Assembly: GCA_004431415.1 (NCBI GenBank)
Contig: QPMI01000615.1
Coordinates: 1-64,000 of the forward strand
Length of the DNA stretch: 64,000 bases
Source of the DNA: Cyanophora paradoxa CCMP329
Lineage: Eukaryota; Plantae; Glaucophyta
Direction: 5' to 3'
The translations under genes were made by a program, and so were the position numbers. Below are positions 17,001 to 30,443 of the stretch, one piece after another (position 1 is the first letter of the stretch; every line of letters starts with the position of its first letter). The notes under the pieces are model-generated. The model saw nothing but the letters and a program-made list of their open reading frames with translations, made no database searches and was not told the origin of the DNA.

Positions 17001-17206
17001 CACGAAGTTGGATGCCACGTGGCATGGCGGGGATGATGGCCTGGAGCGCTGGACAAAAACCTTCAGCCGTGACACCTGATGTTCCTCAGCAGTACGGCAA
17101 ACGAGCCACAACCGATCGCGTTGAGAGTTCCTCCAAGAAGAGTAAACTGGACACAGATTGTGGTCAAGATAATGCTTCGAATTCCTCCAAGACAGGCAGC
17201 AGTTAG
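14068..17206 (+). CDS. Multi-exon RS-rich protein with two putative Rho-type RNA-binding OB domains
   Basis: Long ORFs joined by short GT-AG introns; (RS)n tract at ~14659-14770; see finding on the OB-like repeats. Confidence 0.6.
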
Positions 17207-17305
17207 CAATGGTGGCAGAAAGGTCGGCTTGTTAGCGATGCAATCGGCTACCGGACGACATAAAGATGCAGAGATGCAATGCGCACTGAAGGAGAGCAAG
17301 CAATG

Positions 17306-17413
17306 AGACTTTAGAAATTCCGAGGTGCGTAGAAGACGAGCATACCTGTCCCAAGACTCGTTTGCAAGAGCTGGATCTTTTGCAAGCTCACGCTTTATCA
17401 TCAGTGCCTTCGA
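17306..17413 (-). pseudogene. 108-bp copy of KRR1 exon+intron DNA (source 9067-9174)
   Basis: Identical sequence, retains intron. Confidence 0.9.
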
Positions 17414-17426
17414 GGACACTGCTCAC

Positions 17427-17599
17427 TGGACGCGAAGCGCCTGCTCGCTGGAGTCAGCTCGTAGCTAGCTATAGGCTCCGATTCCCTTTTCTGCATCAGG
17501 GCACCAGTCCCTGCGGGTTACGCTCTATCCCTAACAGCACGGGTAAAGTTAAAGCGCCGAGGTAGGAGGTCCGGTCACGCCCGTAGCGTAAAAAGAGCA
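17427..17599 (+). ncRNA. Fanzor right end / putative omegaRNA scaffold, copy A1 (subtype I)
   Basis: Homologous to the sequence overlapping and following the Fanzor stop at 25155; ends AAAAGAGCA. Confidence 0.7.
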
Positions 17600-17632
17600 G
17601 CTGGCACTGGAGCACCTTTAATTAATTGCGTA

Positions 17633-17689
17633 GCATTTGGACACGAATTCAAACCGCCAGTCCGGCCTACGAGAGAAAGGGGTCAGATC
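17633..17689 (-). mobile_element. Internally deleted mini family-B element
   Basis: GCATTTGGACACGAATTCAAACCG joined almost directly to GAAAGGGGTCAGATC. Confidence 0.65.
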
Positions 17690-17877
17690 GAGATCAAAAG
17701 ATCTTGATATTCAAACCAACTGAATCTAAAATCGGGGGCTTTGAACATGATCATGAACATGACGGCTTTGAACATGAACGACTTTCCCATCGAATGCCCA
17801 TCATACGAGAAGTGCACTACAGAAGCAACCTAGTAGTCTGGTAGGCCTAGGTGGGTATACGTAGTTGTGTGCGCACG

Positions 17878-17959
17878 CTTGGGCCTTCGGGTCCTTCGCC
17901 TTTTGTCAAAACCGTACGGCTGGGCTTGGGCGTGTCTTATACATACTCTTCTTCTTCTT
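17878..17959 (+). mobile_element. Isolated LINE 3' tail with (TCT)n end
   Basis: Matches 54012-54097; other tails at ~23628-23714 (+), 46968-47002 (-) and ~56915-56991 (-). Confidence 0.8.
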
Positions 17960-17973
17960 GGATCTCCAGACCT

Positions 17974-18362
17974 TTCGATCTCGATCTGACCCCTTTTCGC
18001 GCCCCCCGGCACCCACCGCATGCGCAGGCTGACTCCATGTCGGGCCCCCCAGGGCTCGTCACGGCGTAGGGGCTCCCGCCACCGCCCCGAGACGACCCCC
18101 GCCGCCACAAGATCTAGACGCGATGCAGCACCATGGCCACGCCGTGCATGCGGGCACACGTATACGTAGCCATAGCTAGCTAGAGTGTCCGCGGGGAGGC
18201 GCATATGCATTACTCTCCTTAGGGGGCCGCGCAGGGCCCGGCCGGCCGGCGCCAGCTCGCTCAGCGGCTGGTGGGCTGGGCGCGCGGCCGTGGCGCCGGC
18301 GGCCGCAGTGTACATCCCACACTTGTAGCCCGGACCTGCGTTTTTAGTACGTGTTCAAATGC
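17974..18362 (+). mobile_element. Family B repeat, long copy
   Basis: GATCTGACCCC...ACTCTCCTTAGGGGGCC...GTTCAAATGC. Confidence 0.8.
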
Positions 18363-18545
18363 GCCTGATCAAGTGACCGTGAATTCGAGGAATCACGTGA
18401 ATTCCAAGGGGGGCAGCCAGAGCGAAATTTAGCTGGATCCGGAGGACGGCTGACCCCGCAAGTCGTACCCCTTTGAGCTCCTTCGTTCGCAGCGGGCAAG
18501 CCGCTCCAGAAAGCGGACATAGTTCACGCAGACGCAGCGGCTTGA

Positions 18546-21158
18546 ATGGACGAAGAGGATGAGCTTGCGCCCATAGCTGGCGATGACACGGAGGAGCTGG
18601 ACGAGCTGAACGATGAAACGTGCGTCCCATGCGCCGTGCTCGCTCGCTCGACTCGTTCGCTGATTCTGGCTGTAGTTTTGGCGACGCGGTTGTCGACGGA
18701 GCCGACTGGGACAAGCAGCAGGAACTGCTTGCCCGCCAGAGCGAGTTCTTCGAGCAGCTGAGAGTCACCGCAAAGCCCACGCCGGAGAAGGCTGATCCGG
18801 AGGCGCGCAACTGCCGCAGCCCGCCTCCGCACTCTGTCTGAACGCGCGTCCAGATCCCTGTCACAATCGCAAGCCAGGCATCGCCACCTCCCGGTTCCGA
18901 GCGGCGAATTCCAGGAGTTCTGGCACTTGAAGATCTTGAAGCTCGTTTGAACCAATGCGCTGTTGACCACGGCGCGCCGCTGGCCTCGGATCACGAGCGC
19001 CAGCACTATTCCCACATCGGCCGTGTGCAGTCTTCACCCATACGTGAGCCACAGCTATCGGGTATGCGCAGTTATTTCGCGAGAAGAGCCCGAAAGGAAA
19101 ATTGCGCTCGATCCCACTTCGGCAGCGCCTCTGGAGATGCATGCGCGTCCCATTCCAGCGTTCCACAGCCATCACGCGAGCGGGGGCCACCGGCTTTATC
19201 AACAACCACCTTCCTCTCAATACCCCGTGCGTGAAATGGCATGCCCATGATATATCTTGAGCTGAAATCTTATTACAGCAGCCTGGGCGCGGTCTCAATT
19301 TCAACTACGGCCAAGGAAACCGCCAGGACGGAGGGTCCGGGAATCGTTTCTTGTACGAGGACAGGTTTGTGCATGACTTTTCATTTCGACTGTGTGCTCA
19401 TTCCGCATTCAGGTGCCCGCCTGTGATTGGAAACAGCTACATGACACAAGATGAGGTTGAAGTGATCATCCGCCAACAGTCAATGCAGCTCAACACGGCC
19501 AATCCGTTTGTGGATGATTATTATTATATAAACTACTGTGCCAGTCGCTTGGGTGCCGCATTTACTCTCTTGGATTTTCTGGCTGATGGTTGTTTTAAGC
19601 GGCACTGCAGATGATGGCTACATGCGCCAAATCCCCGTGAGTCTCCAATCACAAGACAATCGTGGAGCCGGTGGCAAGGAAAACACTCCGCCTGCACAGC
19701 CTGGTAATCATCTTGAACACATTTAGACTAGAAGATGCGGTTCACCATCCCACAGCTATTTGGCAAACGGTCTTGGGGCGCACGCAACCTTTCAACATTC
19801 GTGCCCCACGGCAGCTGATCCAATTGTCAGAAGAATCATTGAGCACGCCTGTCGGACATATTGGCAAGCTGCCCACGCATCTTCGATTTCCTGCATACAT
19901 AAACTGCTCGCAGGCTCCACAAAAACGAGCACGATTTCTGCTACGGCTGTGGAGTCGCCAGGCCCTGTCCAGCAAGTTCCGGATCGTCCAGCTGCGCAGA
20001 GCCGCTCACAGGCACAGGCAAAAGCACATCACAGTCGAAGTCGCGCTTCTCTCATCGCTCGTCTGGCCATCGAGAACGCACTGCTCGCTCTTGGTGATGT
20101 GTCAGATCTAACCAAGAACCTCAACAACGCGCCGGATGCACCATTTGCGTGCGCTTCCTTCCTTTCTACTTTCCCAATCTCTCAGCAGAACAAGTGATTT
20201 GCAGGGTCCAGTACGAGCAGCAACGTTCTGCCGCAGTTTCAAAGCTTTTCCAGTGCCTGCATGTTGAACCAATTGCAGAAAGGTGTGGAAGTCGATCGCC
20301 GGTTTATTGCAGCTGTCTCATAGACTTGCAGCGATGCTCAAGCAGCGGATGAGCAGAATGAGATCCTGGTCACGATGTTCAGCATGAAGAAGGGGAAGAG
20401 GCTCTTGGCCTTGTCGCTTCCCCATTTTTCTCAAGAACAGGCGTTCACTACTCTGTCTTCCATATGCGCAAACTGTATCCCGCTCCTGTCGGCATCCTAC
20501 TCACGTTCTGAGGTGCAATTTTCTTCTCAGTTTTTTTTGATTTGGATGCTGACAACATGTGAAGAAGGAAGAAGTTGAAGCGGAACAGGAGACAGAGACG
20601 CTCGCGCTCTTCATGCAGGCTATTATTGAAGCTGTTGGGAGACAGCCGCTACACTCGCTGTGCTCGCTGATTCACACATTATTGGCAACTTATCCTGTTC
20701 CGTCCATATTCACCCACCTCCTGGTTCTCGAGGTGGCTTTGTCATGAGATTTTGAGACTGTTTTTTCCACTCTGACTCTCTTTCATAGGCAGGAATGATT
20801 TTTGTTGATGCAATCCTCCAGGCAGGACACCTCCTATCAACTTCTGGCAAGGGCGATGATGTCAGCCTGCATCGGTGGTAAACTGTATCCTCTCATTGAG
20901 GAGATGCTCCTTGACGCTGTGTGCAGGAAATCGGAGAGTAAGCGGCTTGCGGACATCGTTCTCGGAAAACCTGATGTCCCTGGCGTCTCACTGGAAGTGT
21001 TCTTGTGTCTGCATGCTGGGCTCGTCTCGCATTTCCTTTCTTCAGTGGCACACTCCGCCAATGAACTCCAGCGAATGAGCCTAAGCCAGGCTCTTGCAAT
21101 GTCGGGTAGCACCGAACTCCTTGAGCTAAGCCAGGCTCTTGCAATTTCGCGTAGTTAA
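18546..21158 (+). CDS. PAT1: Pat1/PATL1 mRNA decapping activator
   Basis: N-terminal DELNDET, YMTQDEVEVIIRQQSMQLNTANPFVDDYYY, LGRTQPFNIRAPRQLI, SMKKGKRLL. Confidence 0.85.
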
Positions 21159-21995
21159 GCTTGATGATTTTACTGAGTTCAAAATACGCTGTGTGGCACT
21201 CTGAGAAATATTTTTTAGAGCCCACCAGCAAGCTGGCCGGCCAGGCCCTGCATGGCCCCGTAAGGAGAGTAAATACGCTTCTCCGCGGAAACTGTAGCTA
21301 GCTACAGGTGTCCCCAAGGCATGTGTGGCGTCACGTCTTGTTGGCAAGGGTCGTCTCGAAGCTAGGTGGGACGTCTTTGATATCGATTACGATTACGAAT
21401 ACGATTAGGGACGGGGTTGGGCGAAGCTAGGCGGGACGTCTTTGATGTCGATTGGAATTGGCAAGTGAGCATTGCCGTGCGCTTGGAGCACTCGCGCGGG
21501 ATGACTCGCACCTTCGTCGCCTCCTTCGAGGAGGGCCCCGAGGCGAAGCCGTGTATGCGTAACCAGTCGCCAGGCCTGCGTCGCGTACTCGAGCGTAAGC
21601 AGGTTGGCAGCCGCAGAGCTGGACCGTCGGACGGCGGAGCAGATGTCGGCGCCAGCTGCAGGTAGACGGCGCGGGCTCAAGCACGGAGAAGGGCTCAAGC
21701 CAAAACGGTCCAAAGGACGCAGGCCTGCGTATAGAGAGCACATGCAGCGCTAGCAAGTGCGGTGCCTGCACTCCCGCGACTGGCGGCCACTGCGGCCGCA
21801 GCCGCGCGCAACCGCGCTGCTGTTCGGTGTTCTGGTACGTGGAAAAAAAGGAAAAAACTAGTGTGACGCGGTCCCGTCAGGCCGGCTCAGCGGGGTAGCA
21901 CCAGCAAACGCGCAGAATTCTCGGAATTAAGGCCGAAAAAAAGCGAGGCGGAGCACCCTCCGCCCGTCTTCGAGGGTCCCCATTCTCTAGCAAAC

Positions 21996-22766
<771 letters not shown>

Positions 22767-23559
22767 TGAGCTTTGAAAATCCCCTCGTCTGTCCTTGATT
22801 GGAAGGGGTTGGCGTGAAGAACCGTGATCTTACTCTTGAGGCCTGTGTGGCCCTCGTACTCTCGGCTCCAGGAGTGTGGTAGCTGAACCGTAGTTCTCAA
22901 CTCTGGCTCTAAACCATGGAACGCTGTCAGCCTTCAGCAAGGTGTGGGGCACAGGAACTCCTAGGCGAGCTGCAGGTGCCTGGCACTGCCTGCACGCAGG
23001 GTGCCGCATCGCGTCGACGTCTTGAGCCGGCGGGAAAAAAAACTTGCTCGGATAGGTCCGGCCAGCTGCAGGCAGGGAGGGGGTTGCCCCCCTCCCCACG
23101 CGCCACTGTTTGCAGCGGCTCGGCCGGACCATATCTTGAGCCGGCGGGGGCCGTCTCGGGGCGGTGGCGGAAGTCCCTACTTATACGGGCCCTGGGGACC
23201 CGACATCCGGTCTGCCTGCGCATGCGCATGTGCTGAGGACGTGGAGGGTCAGATCGAAATCGAAAAACGCCCGAGACCAGGGCGTCTGCGCCTTTGTCAG
23301 ACGTATATACCCAGGCTTGCTGGCGTGGATGTGTCCACTGCTTTCTCTCTCAATCCGAGTCCCAAATCAAATTAAAGCAACCGCGCGCACTCGATCGATG
23401 GGCTTCCCACCTAGAGGAGCGCCTGGGTGGGCAAGCAACGGCTTCGAAAGCATTTGAAACTTGAGAAAGTCGAAGCATTGAGATCTACATGCGATTCGAC
23501 TGGCTGGTGATTTTAAATGGCTACTGGCCAGAAATTTACGAACGAGGTCACTCTCGCTT

Positions 23560-23805
23560 AGCTACAGTGTCCGCGGGCCGCCAGGCAGGCGCAATACTAG
23601 TACTCTCCTTAGGGGGCCTAGTTCATTTGTGCCTTGGGCCCTCGGGTCCTTCGCCTTTTGTCAAAACCGTACGGCTGGCTTGGGCGTGTCTTATACATAC
23701 TCTTTTTCTTCTTCAAGGGCTTCTTCGCTGGTGGGCTGGGCCCACGGCTGCGGCGGCCGCATTGCCCGCGGCCCGGACTCGCGGTTTGAATTCGTGTCCA
23801 AATGC
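23560..23805 (+). mobile_element. Family B partial copy interrupted by a LINE 3' tail
   Basis: Ends GTGTCCAAATGC; LINE tail at ~23628-23714. Confidence 0.7.
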
Positions 23806-24445
23806 TTAGACTCTGAGAAATGCGGGCTGCATGTGTACCTCAAACGAACTCCGGAAATGATCAGCAGCTAGCATCCTGGAACTCGAAATTATATGAACCG
23901 CCCTAGGGCCTAGGCCTAAAGCTAATAATCGTAATCGTACGTTATCGCGATCGTCACCCCCGCCAGCGCTAATCGCAATCATAATCATCACGTTTGAGCT
24001 AATCTCAGATCGTAATCGCTAGCAGCGCCCATCCAGTTCTCCGGGCACCAACAGCAACAGCAGCAGCAGCAGCAAGCACAGCAGCTCGACGGGCATGTGA
24101 AAAGTCCCTGTGCCCTCCTGCACCCCGCCCCGCCCTCCGGAGCCCCGCCCCGCCCTCCAGCGCCCCTCCCCGCCATCCAGCGCCCCGCCCCTGCCACCCT
24201 CCAGCGCCCCGTGAACCCCACTCCTTGCCCCTCTTCCCCCCCTACGCCCCACCCCCCCGCCAACCTCCAGCGCCCCGTGCGCCCCGCCTCCCCTCCGCCC
24301 CCCCTTTCCACAGGGCCAAGAACAACTCTGCCCCTCAGACCCCCCTACGCTCCTAGCTCGATACGTAACTAGCAACGGCGTGGTAGCATGGTAGCAGAGC
24401 CTTAGCGCGTGATGTAGTTTTCTCGCGGGGCACGCTCGGATGGCC

Positions 24446-25155
24446 ATCATGCCGGAGTTCCGCACCAGCCAGATGGTCGGCGAGCTCTGTCGGCGCGCCC
24501 GCCCCGGGAATTCCGCTCACTTTCCCCTGCAGGTCGCCCGCAAGGGGCGGGCGATGCTCCCATGGGTGGCGCGTCAGGCTCTCGACTGCCGCCACTACGA
24601 GTACGCTGGTCTTGCGTTTCGACTCCCTCTGCCAAGCGGTCTTGATGCTTATTTTGCGCAGGTTCCGGCAGCTCATGCAGCACGCCGTCCGGCGGCACCC
24701 CAAGGACGAGGACCCGCCGTGCACGCTCCAGCTCGTCTGCGAGGCCTGGACCTCGAAGACGTGCGGGGTGTGCGGCAAGATCAACTACGGGCTCGGCTCG
24801 AAGAGGGTCTTCGAGTGCCGCCCCGGGTGCGGCTTCCGGGCGGACCGCGACGGCGGCGCCGCGCGGTGCGTGTTGTGTCTACACACGCCTATACACAATC
24901 GCTGCTCCCCCCGCCTAGTCCCGACACGGCCTAGCCACTTGACCAGAGCTCGCCTCCTAGCCCCCGCCCCCAAAGCGAGGGGGCCAGCAGCCGCCTAGCC
25001 CCGCCCGATCGTAATCGCAATCGTAATCAGGCCAGGGCTCCCCCCGCCTATAGCCCATCGCAATCGTAATCGTGCTGATCGCACAGACCTCTCGCAGGAG
25101 CATCTTCATCCGCTACGGCACGGGCGTGGACGCGAAGCGCCTGCTCGGCTCGTAG
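24446..25155 (+). pseudogene. 5'-truncated intron-containing Fanzor2 / IS607-TnpB-like RNA-guided nuclease (C-terminal RuvC + zinc ribbon)
   Basis: Removing GT-AG introns 24476-24532, 24601-24661 and 24866-25097 gives IMPEFRTSQMVARKGRAMLPWVARQALDCRHYEFRQLMQHAVRRHPKDEDPPCTLQLVCEAWTSKTCGVCGKINYGLGSKRVFECRPGCGFRADRDGGAARSIFIRYGTGVDAKRLLGS*, matching the Fanzor2 pattern PxFxTSxM...HYxFRQ...EAYTSKTCxxCG...FxCxxCG...DRD. Confidence 0.88.
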
Positions 25156-25294
25156 CTAGGCTCGGCTCCCATCCCCTTTTCTCCATCAGGGCACCAGTCC
25201 CTGCGGGTTACGCTCTCACCCCAAACAGCACGGGTAAAGTTAAAGCGTTGACGGTCTAGGAGTGGTCCCGCGCGCCCGTAGCTTAGAAAGAGCA
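25126..25294 (+). ncRNA. Fanzor right end / putative omegaRNA, copy A2 (subtype II), contiguous with the nuclease ORF
   Basis: Overlaps the last exon and runs to the conserved end TTAGAAAGAGCA; 5' boundary inferred. Confidence 0.72.
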
Positions 25295-25389
25295 CATATG
25301 GACTGTTGGCAACGCACTTGATTCTCCATGTGCTATTTTCCAAGTGCTATGAAACAGGTGTTGGTGGGCGGGGGCGAACGGTCGCTGCA

Positions 25390-27604
25390 CTAGGACCCTA
25401 CAATTTCACGCACACCTTCTGTGAAGCATTCACCACGGTGCTCGAAGTCTCGGAACTCATCAAATGAGGCACATGCAGGGCTAAGCAGCACAGCTTCCCC
25501 GGCTTGTGCAAGGTTTGCTGCGTCCTTGACTGCATCCTTCAGTGAGACTGATCGCTGGAGAGGAATTGACAAGCCACGCTCCAGAAGACGGTCTGCAATC
25601 ATGTTACCTGCCTCCCCAAAGCAGACAACAGCTGACCCATGCAGCTCCAAATAGGGAACTAACGGGTCGAACTGTGATGATGGCCCCTCCTTTGCCCGTC
25701 CGCCAAGAAGCACAACAGATTTCTGACGTGTGCCAATGCCAGTAATCCCAACGATCGTAGATTCCACATTTGTGGCCTGCTGGCTGTAAGCAGAGTTCGA
25801 CCTTTTCCTTCATAACTCGAACCTTGGAATCATTAATGAAGGTCACATCCCTGCTGGTATCAAAACCAACTTTTTGCAGCCTGAAAGATCAGATGAGCTA
25901 TGATCTATTGCGAATTACACTTGCATGTACCTATGAGGAAGGGCCTGTAGTGATGCAAGTGAATCCTGTGAATCGTTTAGTGCAGAAGGAGAACCAATGA
26001 AGCACAGAATGACACCTGAACAAGGGCAGGCTCAGCACCAACAGCAAGAGACAGAGCAGCTGCGGTTGCGGCATTATCAAGGTTATGCTCGCCGATCAAG
26101 CTCGCTGCAGCAGCCGCCAGAGATAAATGAACTGGCCCGTTCATAGTGGGCAGTTGGACCCACACGCTATTGCCATCACGCATGACTTGCGCAGCTGAGG
26201 ACAATGAGGAACTTCCTGATTCTGCGGCGAAGTAAGTCGCGCAGGCGAAAAGCACTCACATCCGCCGCACCAAATGATTCACTCGGCCTAAAGGGACCCA
26301 GAACACCATACGTCGCACTTCCAATCGCCCCAGGGCTGCTTGCAAGAGATTGCAGCATACCATCATCCACAGGAAGGAAGGCGATGTCTGTTCTTTCACA
26401 TTGACGGAACATGCGGACTTTATGTGCACCATAATTTTCCATGGTCCCTACATACCAATTAGGGCATACAGCGAGAGCAGTCAAAAATTACCAACCATGC
26501 CGTCCAAGGTGATCTGGAGTCAAGTTCAAAATAACTCCAACACGCGGCTTGAAGCACCCGGGAAGCTCCATCTGGTAGCTGCTGACCTGCCAAAACAGTG
26601 AGAGGAAACATCACCCAACAACCCATGGCAATGTACTGCCAAGGCGTACCTCGACCACCAGACAGTCGTAAAGCGAAGCTGCATGTACATTCAAGTCAGG
26701 TTTGTAACAAGAGCAAGATCAGAAAAGAGGGAGTTCACAATTCTTGTCGAGCTCCATCACTGCTTTCGATAGAGGGTTCCCAATGTTCCCTCCGACAAAA
26801 GGTCGGCGCCCCGCCTTCGAAAGTATTTGACCAGTGAACCAGGTCACTGTCGACTTTCCATTCGTCCCCGTGATTGCGACTGTTGGCAGGTGCTTAAGGA
26901 AGAGGTGTGCAAATGCAAGCTCCCCAATCACCGCAACTCCTTCCGCGATGGCGGCGGCGAGGTCAGGCTGAGCAGCCGGAACGCCTGGAGATGCCACGAT
27001 GAGCGAGGCACGTGTGAATGTTTCCTGCTTGTGAGGGCCCAACTCAAGTCGGACGCCTGCTCCTTCAAGCATCTCGCGAACTTCATCCTCGATGCTCTCG
27101 CGGATATCGACTGCCGTGACGTTCGCGCCTCTAGAGCTAGCAAGAAGGGCCGCAGCTATGCCAGAGCGGGCGAGCCCGACAACCACTACGTTTTTGTCGC
27201 GTAGGTCGGACAAGATGGGCACAGCAGCAGATGCTGCGCGACGCCAATGAGAAAAAGCGCTGCACTGATGCAGTACCGCGTCTGCGAAGACACTGGAACG
27301 TACCTGCGTCTGGCGCGTCTGGCGCGCGTGCCAGCGCGGCTGGAGCGCCGGGCCTCACAGGCCGCAGATTCGTCTGCGCCGAGTGCGCGCCAGCGAGTTC
27401 TGAAAACCGGAACCGCCGCACAATGCTGGTGCCACACTTGAAAAGGAGTCGCGCGCGTCCAACGCTGCACCGCGTGGTAGCGCATGCCTGGCTCCCCTGC
27501 GGACATGCGGCCGCCGCCTCAAACTGACAGCCGCGGTGTCCAACGCCGTCCGCACGGCTAACGGGAAGCGGCTGAGAAAAGGCAGCTGCGCGGCAGGCGT
27601 CCAT
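25390..27604 (-). CDS. murD: UDP-N-acetylmuramoyl-L-alanine:D-glutamate ligase with probable plastid transit peptide
   Basis: [73 protein letters not shown]; N-terminal extension [15 protein letters not shown]. Confidence 0.93.
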
Positions 27605-27749
27605 GGCGTTACTGCCTTCCGCTCGAACAACGACGCTTCGCTCAATGGAAGCGCTCGACGCAGTCGACTGGGACTGGCGCTCGACGAAGAGAGTTTTCGG
27701 CGCAAGCCGTTATATTTGTTTTTTGAGCGACGACGATGGGACGTACCCC

Positions 27750-28000
27750 CCGTATACGTACGTACGTATACTATATATACGTATACGTATCTAGTATGCC
27801 GTAGTATACGTAGTACGTACATATGTCGGCAATGTATACGTAGTACGTACGTATACGTATATACGTATATATATACGTATACATATGCGTATATATACGT
27901 CACGGCGGCGGCGTACACGTATACGTACGTATACGTATACACGTACACGTGCACGTACGTATACATACATACGTAGCTATAGCTATAGCTATAGCTAACG
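27750..28000. repeat. (TACGTATA)-type palindromic low-complexity tract
   Basis: Seen directly. Confidence 0.85.
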
Positions 28001-28066
28001 CGGCGGCATGCGCACGCATCGATCATCGTTTCGCGATCGAATTCAACCGTAAAATTCAAATTCAAA

Positions 28067-28577
28067 AGTGCCGCCCCGGGTGCGGCTTCCGGGCGGACCG
28101 CGACGGCGGCGCCGCGCGGTGCGTGTTGTGTCTACACACGCCTATACACAATCGCTGCTCCCCCCGCCTAGTCCCGACACGGCCTAGCCACTTGACCAGA
28201 GCTCGCCTCCTAGCCCCCGCCCCCAAAGCGAGGGGGCCAGCAGCCGCCTAGCCCCGCCCGATCGTAATCGCAATCGTAATCAGGCCAGGGCTCCCCCCGC
28301 CTATAGCCCGCCGCAACCGTGATTACGATCGTACTTCGGATCGCAATCGTAATCGTGCTGATCGCACAGACCTCTCGCAGGAGCATCTTCATCCGCTACG
28401 GCACCGGCGTGGACGCGAAGCGCCTGCTCGGCTCGTAGCTAGGCTCGGCTCCCATCCCCTTTTCTCCATCAGGGCACCAGTCCCTGCGGGTTACGCTCTC
28501 ACCCCGAACAGCACGGGTAAAGTTAAAGCGTGGACGGTCTAGGAGTGGTCCCGCGCGCCTGTAGCTTAGAAAGAGCA
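28067..28577 (+). mobile_element. Fanzor 3' fragment (CRPGCGFRADRDGGAAR, last intron, last exon, right end), copy A3
   Basis: Near-identical to 24814-25294. Confidence 0.88.
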
Positions 28578-28584
28578 GAACTTG

Positions 28585-30069
28585 CTATTCGACACATACT
28601 GCTTCAACATAACAGCGTAGAATGTGGGCAGAGACACTGAGGAGCTGGAGGAACTCATCGGCAGCTTCTGTTAAACACCTAAGAAAACAAAGCACAGGTC
28701 AAGAAAGGAGCCAAAACAACAGGAAACGGAAAGGGCACCTGTCTGCCTGCGCAATTTTCAAAGAGATTGACGCTTTTTTTATATCCGGGAGATCAGGCGT
28801 GATTGCAACACAACGCTGAAGCTAGCAGTGGAATCAGTCACAGGCTGAAAGGAACAAAAACAACCCGGACTGACCTGCACGAGAATCTGGCTCACTGGGA
28901 AACCAGCACAGCTTATTGATTTGCATGTTTGTTGCAGGAGACTGAAGGAGTTGGTCTTACACACGCGCATGATCTCGTCAACGACCTTTGCTGGGACAAC
29001 CTGGGCTAAAGCAAGTCAACCGCGGCGGTTAGGAAGATGAGGAAGGAGAACAATAGACCCCAGCAATTTCTTGTATCAATTCGGGAGGCAGAACACCAGT
29101 TTGCAACCTTGATGACTGCTGCAAGAACGTGATAGCCTTGCGCATATCACCCTCGGACACTTCAACGAGCGACTGGAGAACCTGAAGAAGACAATTACAA
29201 CCAGCATTGTATAATGGAAACAGGGCGAACCTCTGGCCCGCACTTCACCCCTTCCTGTTCACAGATGTACTGGAGCCTGGAAATAATGGAGTCTTGACCG
29301 AGAGGCTTGAACCTCAATTTGGCACACCGTGATGCCAGAGGATCAATGATTCTGAGAATCGCCTTAATATTGAGCCTGGATGAGCCCAAAGATCTGCATG
29401 CTGCACCTACTTATGTAGTTGCAAACAAGGCAGAATCTCGTCACTTTCGAGTACGTCTCCATGGTACGGCGCAATGCTGCTTGCGCATCAGGAGTCATCG
29501 AATCCGCTTCGTCGAGAATGATGAGTTTGTAGGGCGGACAGGGGTAGCCGCTGCATATGCACAAGTAAGCAGGCGATATCCGTCTTGCACGCTCTCAGGA
29601 ACTGCAACGCGCCTCTGGGGCTGAGCGCTTACGGCAACCTGAGCGAATTGCTTGATTTTGTTCCGCACTACGTTGATGCCGCGTTCATCCGACGCGTTCA
29701 GCTCCATCACGCGTGACTTAAACAGGTCCGGCCTGCGCGTGTTTAGCTCCGCTGCCGCATTTCCGCTGATGCGCGGGGCACACGAACCCGTAGAGCATCC
29801 TACCAATTGCGAGAATAGTGGAAGTCTTTCCCGTTCCAGGCGGTCCGTAGAACAACAGGTGCGGCAGCTGCGGCGAGGATCACGCGCATTCTGGATACAA
29901 GCGCAAGACGCACGTTACCCATCTCCAGGGACCGCTTCAGCGCTCGCACGACCTCCTCTTGATGGGCGACTTCATCGACGTGCCTCGGCCGACTGCAACG
30001 CGCTATAAGACGGGCAAGGGCCGCAGGCGCGCTGCCGACGCACTACTTCTCCACCCACGGCACGCTCAT
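28585..30069 (-). CDS. RFC4: Replication factor C small subunit (human RFC4 / yeast Rfc2 type)
   Basis: [102 protein letters not shown]. Confidence 0.93.
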
Positions 30070-30100
30070 CTTCGCGGCGACGAGCGATCGGCAGCGCTCC

Positions 30101-30112
30101 TTCCCGCCAAAA
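30101..30112. promoter_or_regulatory. E2F-like site TTCCCGCCAAAA upstream of RFC4
   Basis: Motif match ~30 nt upstream of a DNA replication gene. Confidence 0.45.
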
Positions 30113-30443
30113 AGGGGTACGCCTCCAAAAGCTCCCAAAGAGACTGGCGCCATGACCAGAGCTCGCCGCCTAATTCGTGACAGCCGGTTTATAATTAAAA
30201 TTTGACGCACTGCGGCAGTGCATTTTCGGCTCAGAGCCGCTGAGCGTGATCATGCTTGCCTGGCGCAGCGCGCCTCCCGGGGCCGGGCTACTGCCTGTTA
30301 TTCTTATTCGTAATGTTATATGTATATCCTCGCCGCCCATTATTCGTATTCGTATTCTTATTGTATTTGCCTGTATATCCATATATGCTTCGCATGTTCA
30401 CGCAAGGATACGAGACTGTCCGACGTCGACTCGCAAGGGGGAT

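Noticed and set aside
24085-24445. Upstream Fanzor exons
   Set aside because: No RuvC-I (D-P-G type) or bridge-helix-like peptide could be spliced; the element appears truncated near 24446
25170-25205. Hammerhead-like CTGATGG...GAAA on the minus strand of the right end
   Set aside because: Core is not CTGANGA and there is no stem II
27355-28065. Tyr/Val-rich ORFs (also the Ile-rich ORFs at 8011-8658)
   Set aside because: Translations of low-complexity repeats
30070-30153. In-frame upstream ATG for RFC4
   Set aside because: Extension is not RFC-like and contains a promoter-type E2F motif
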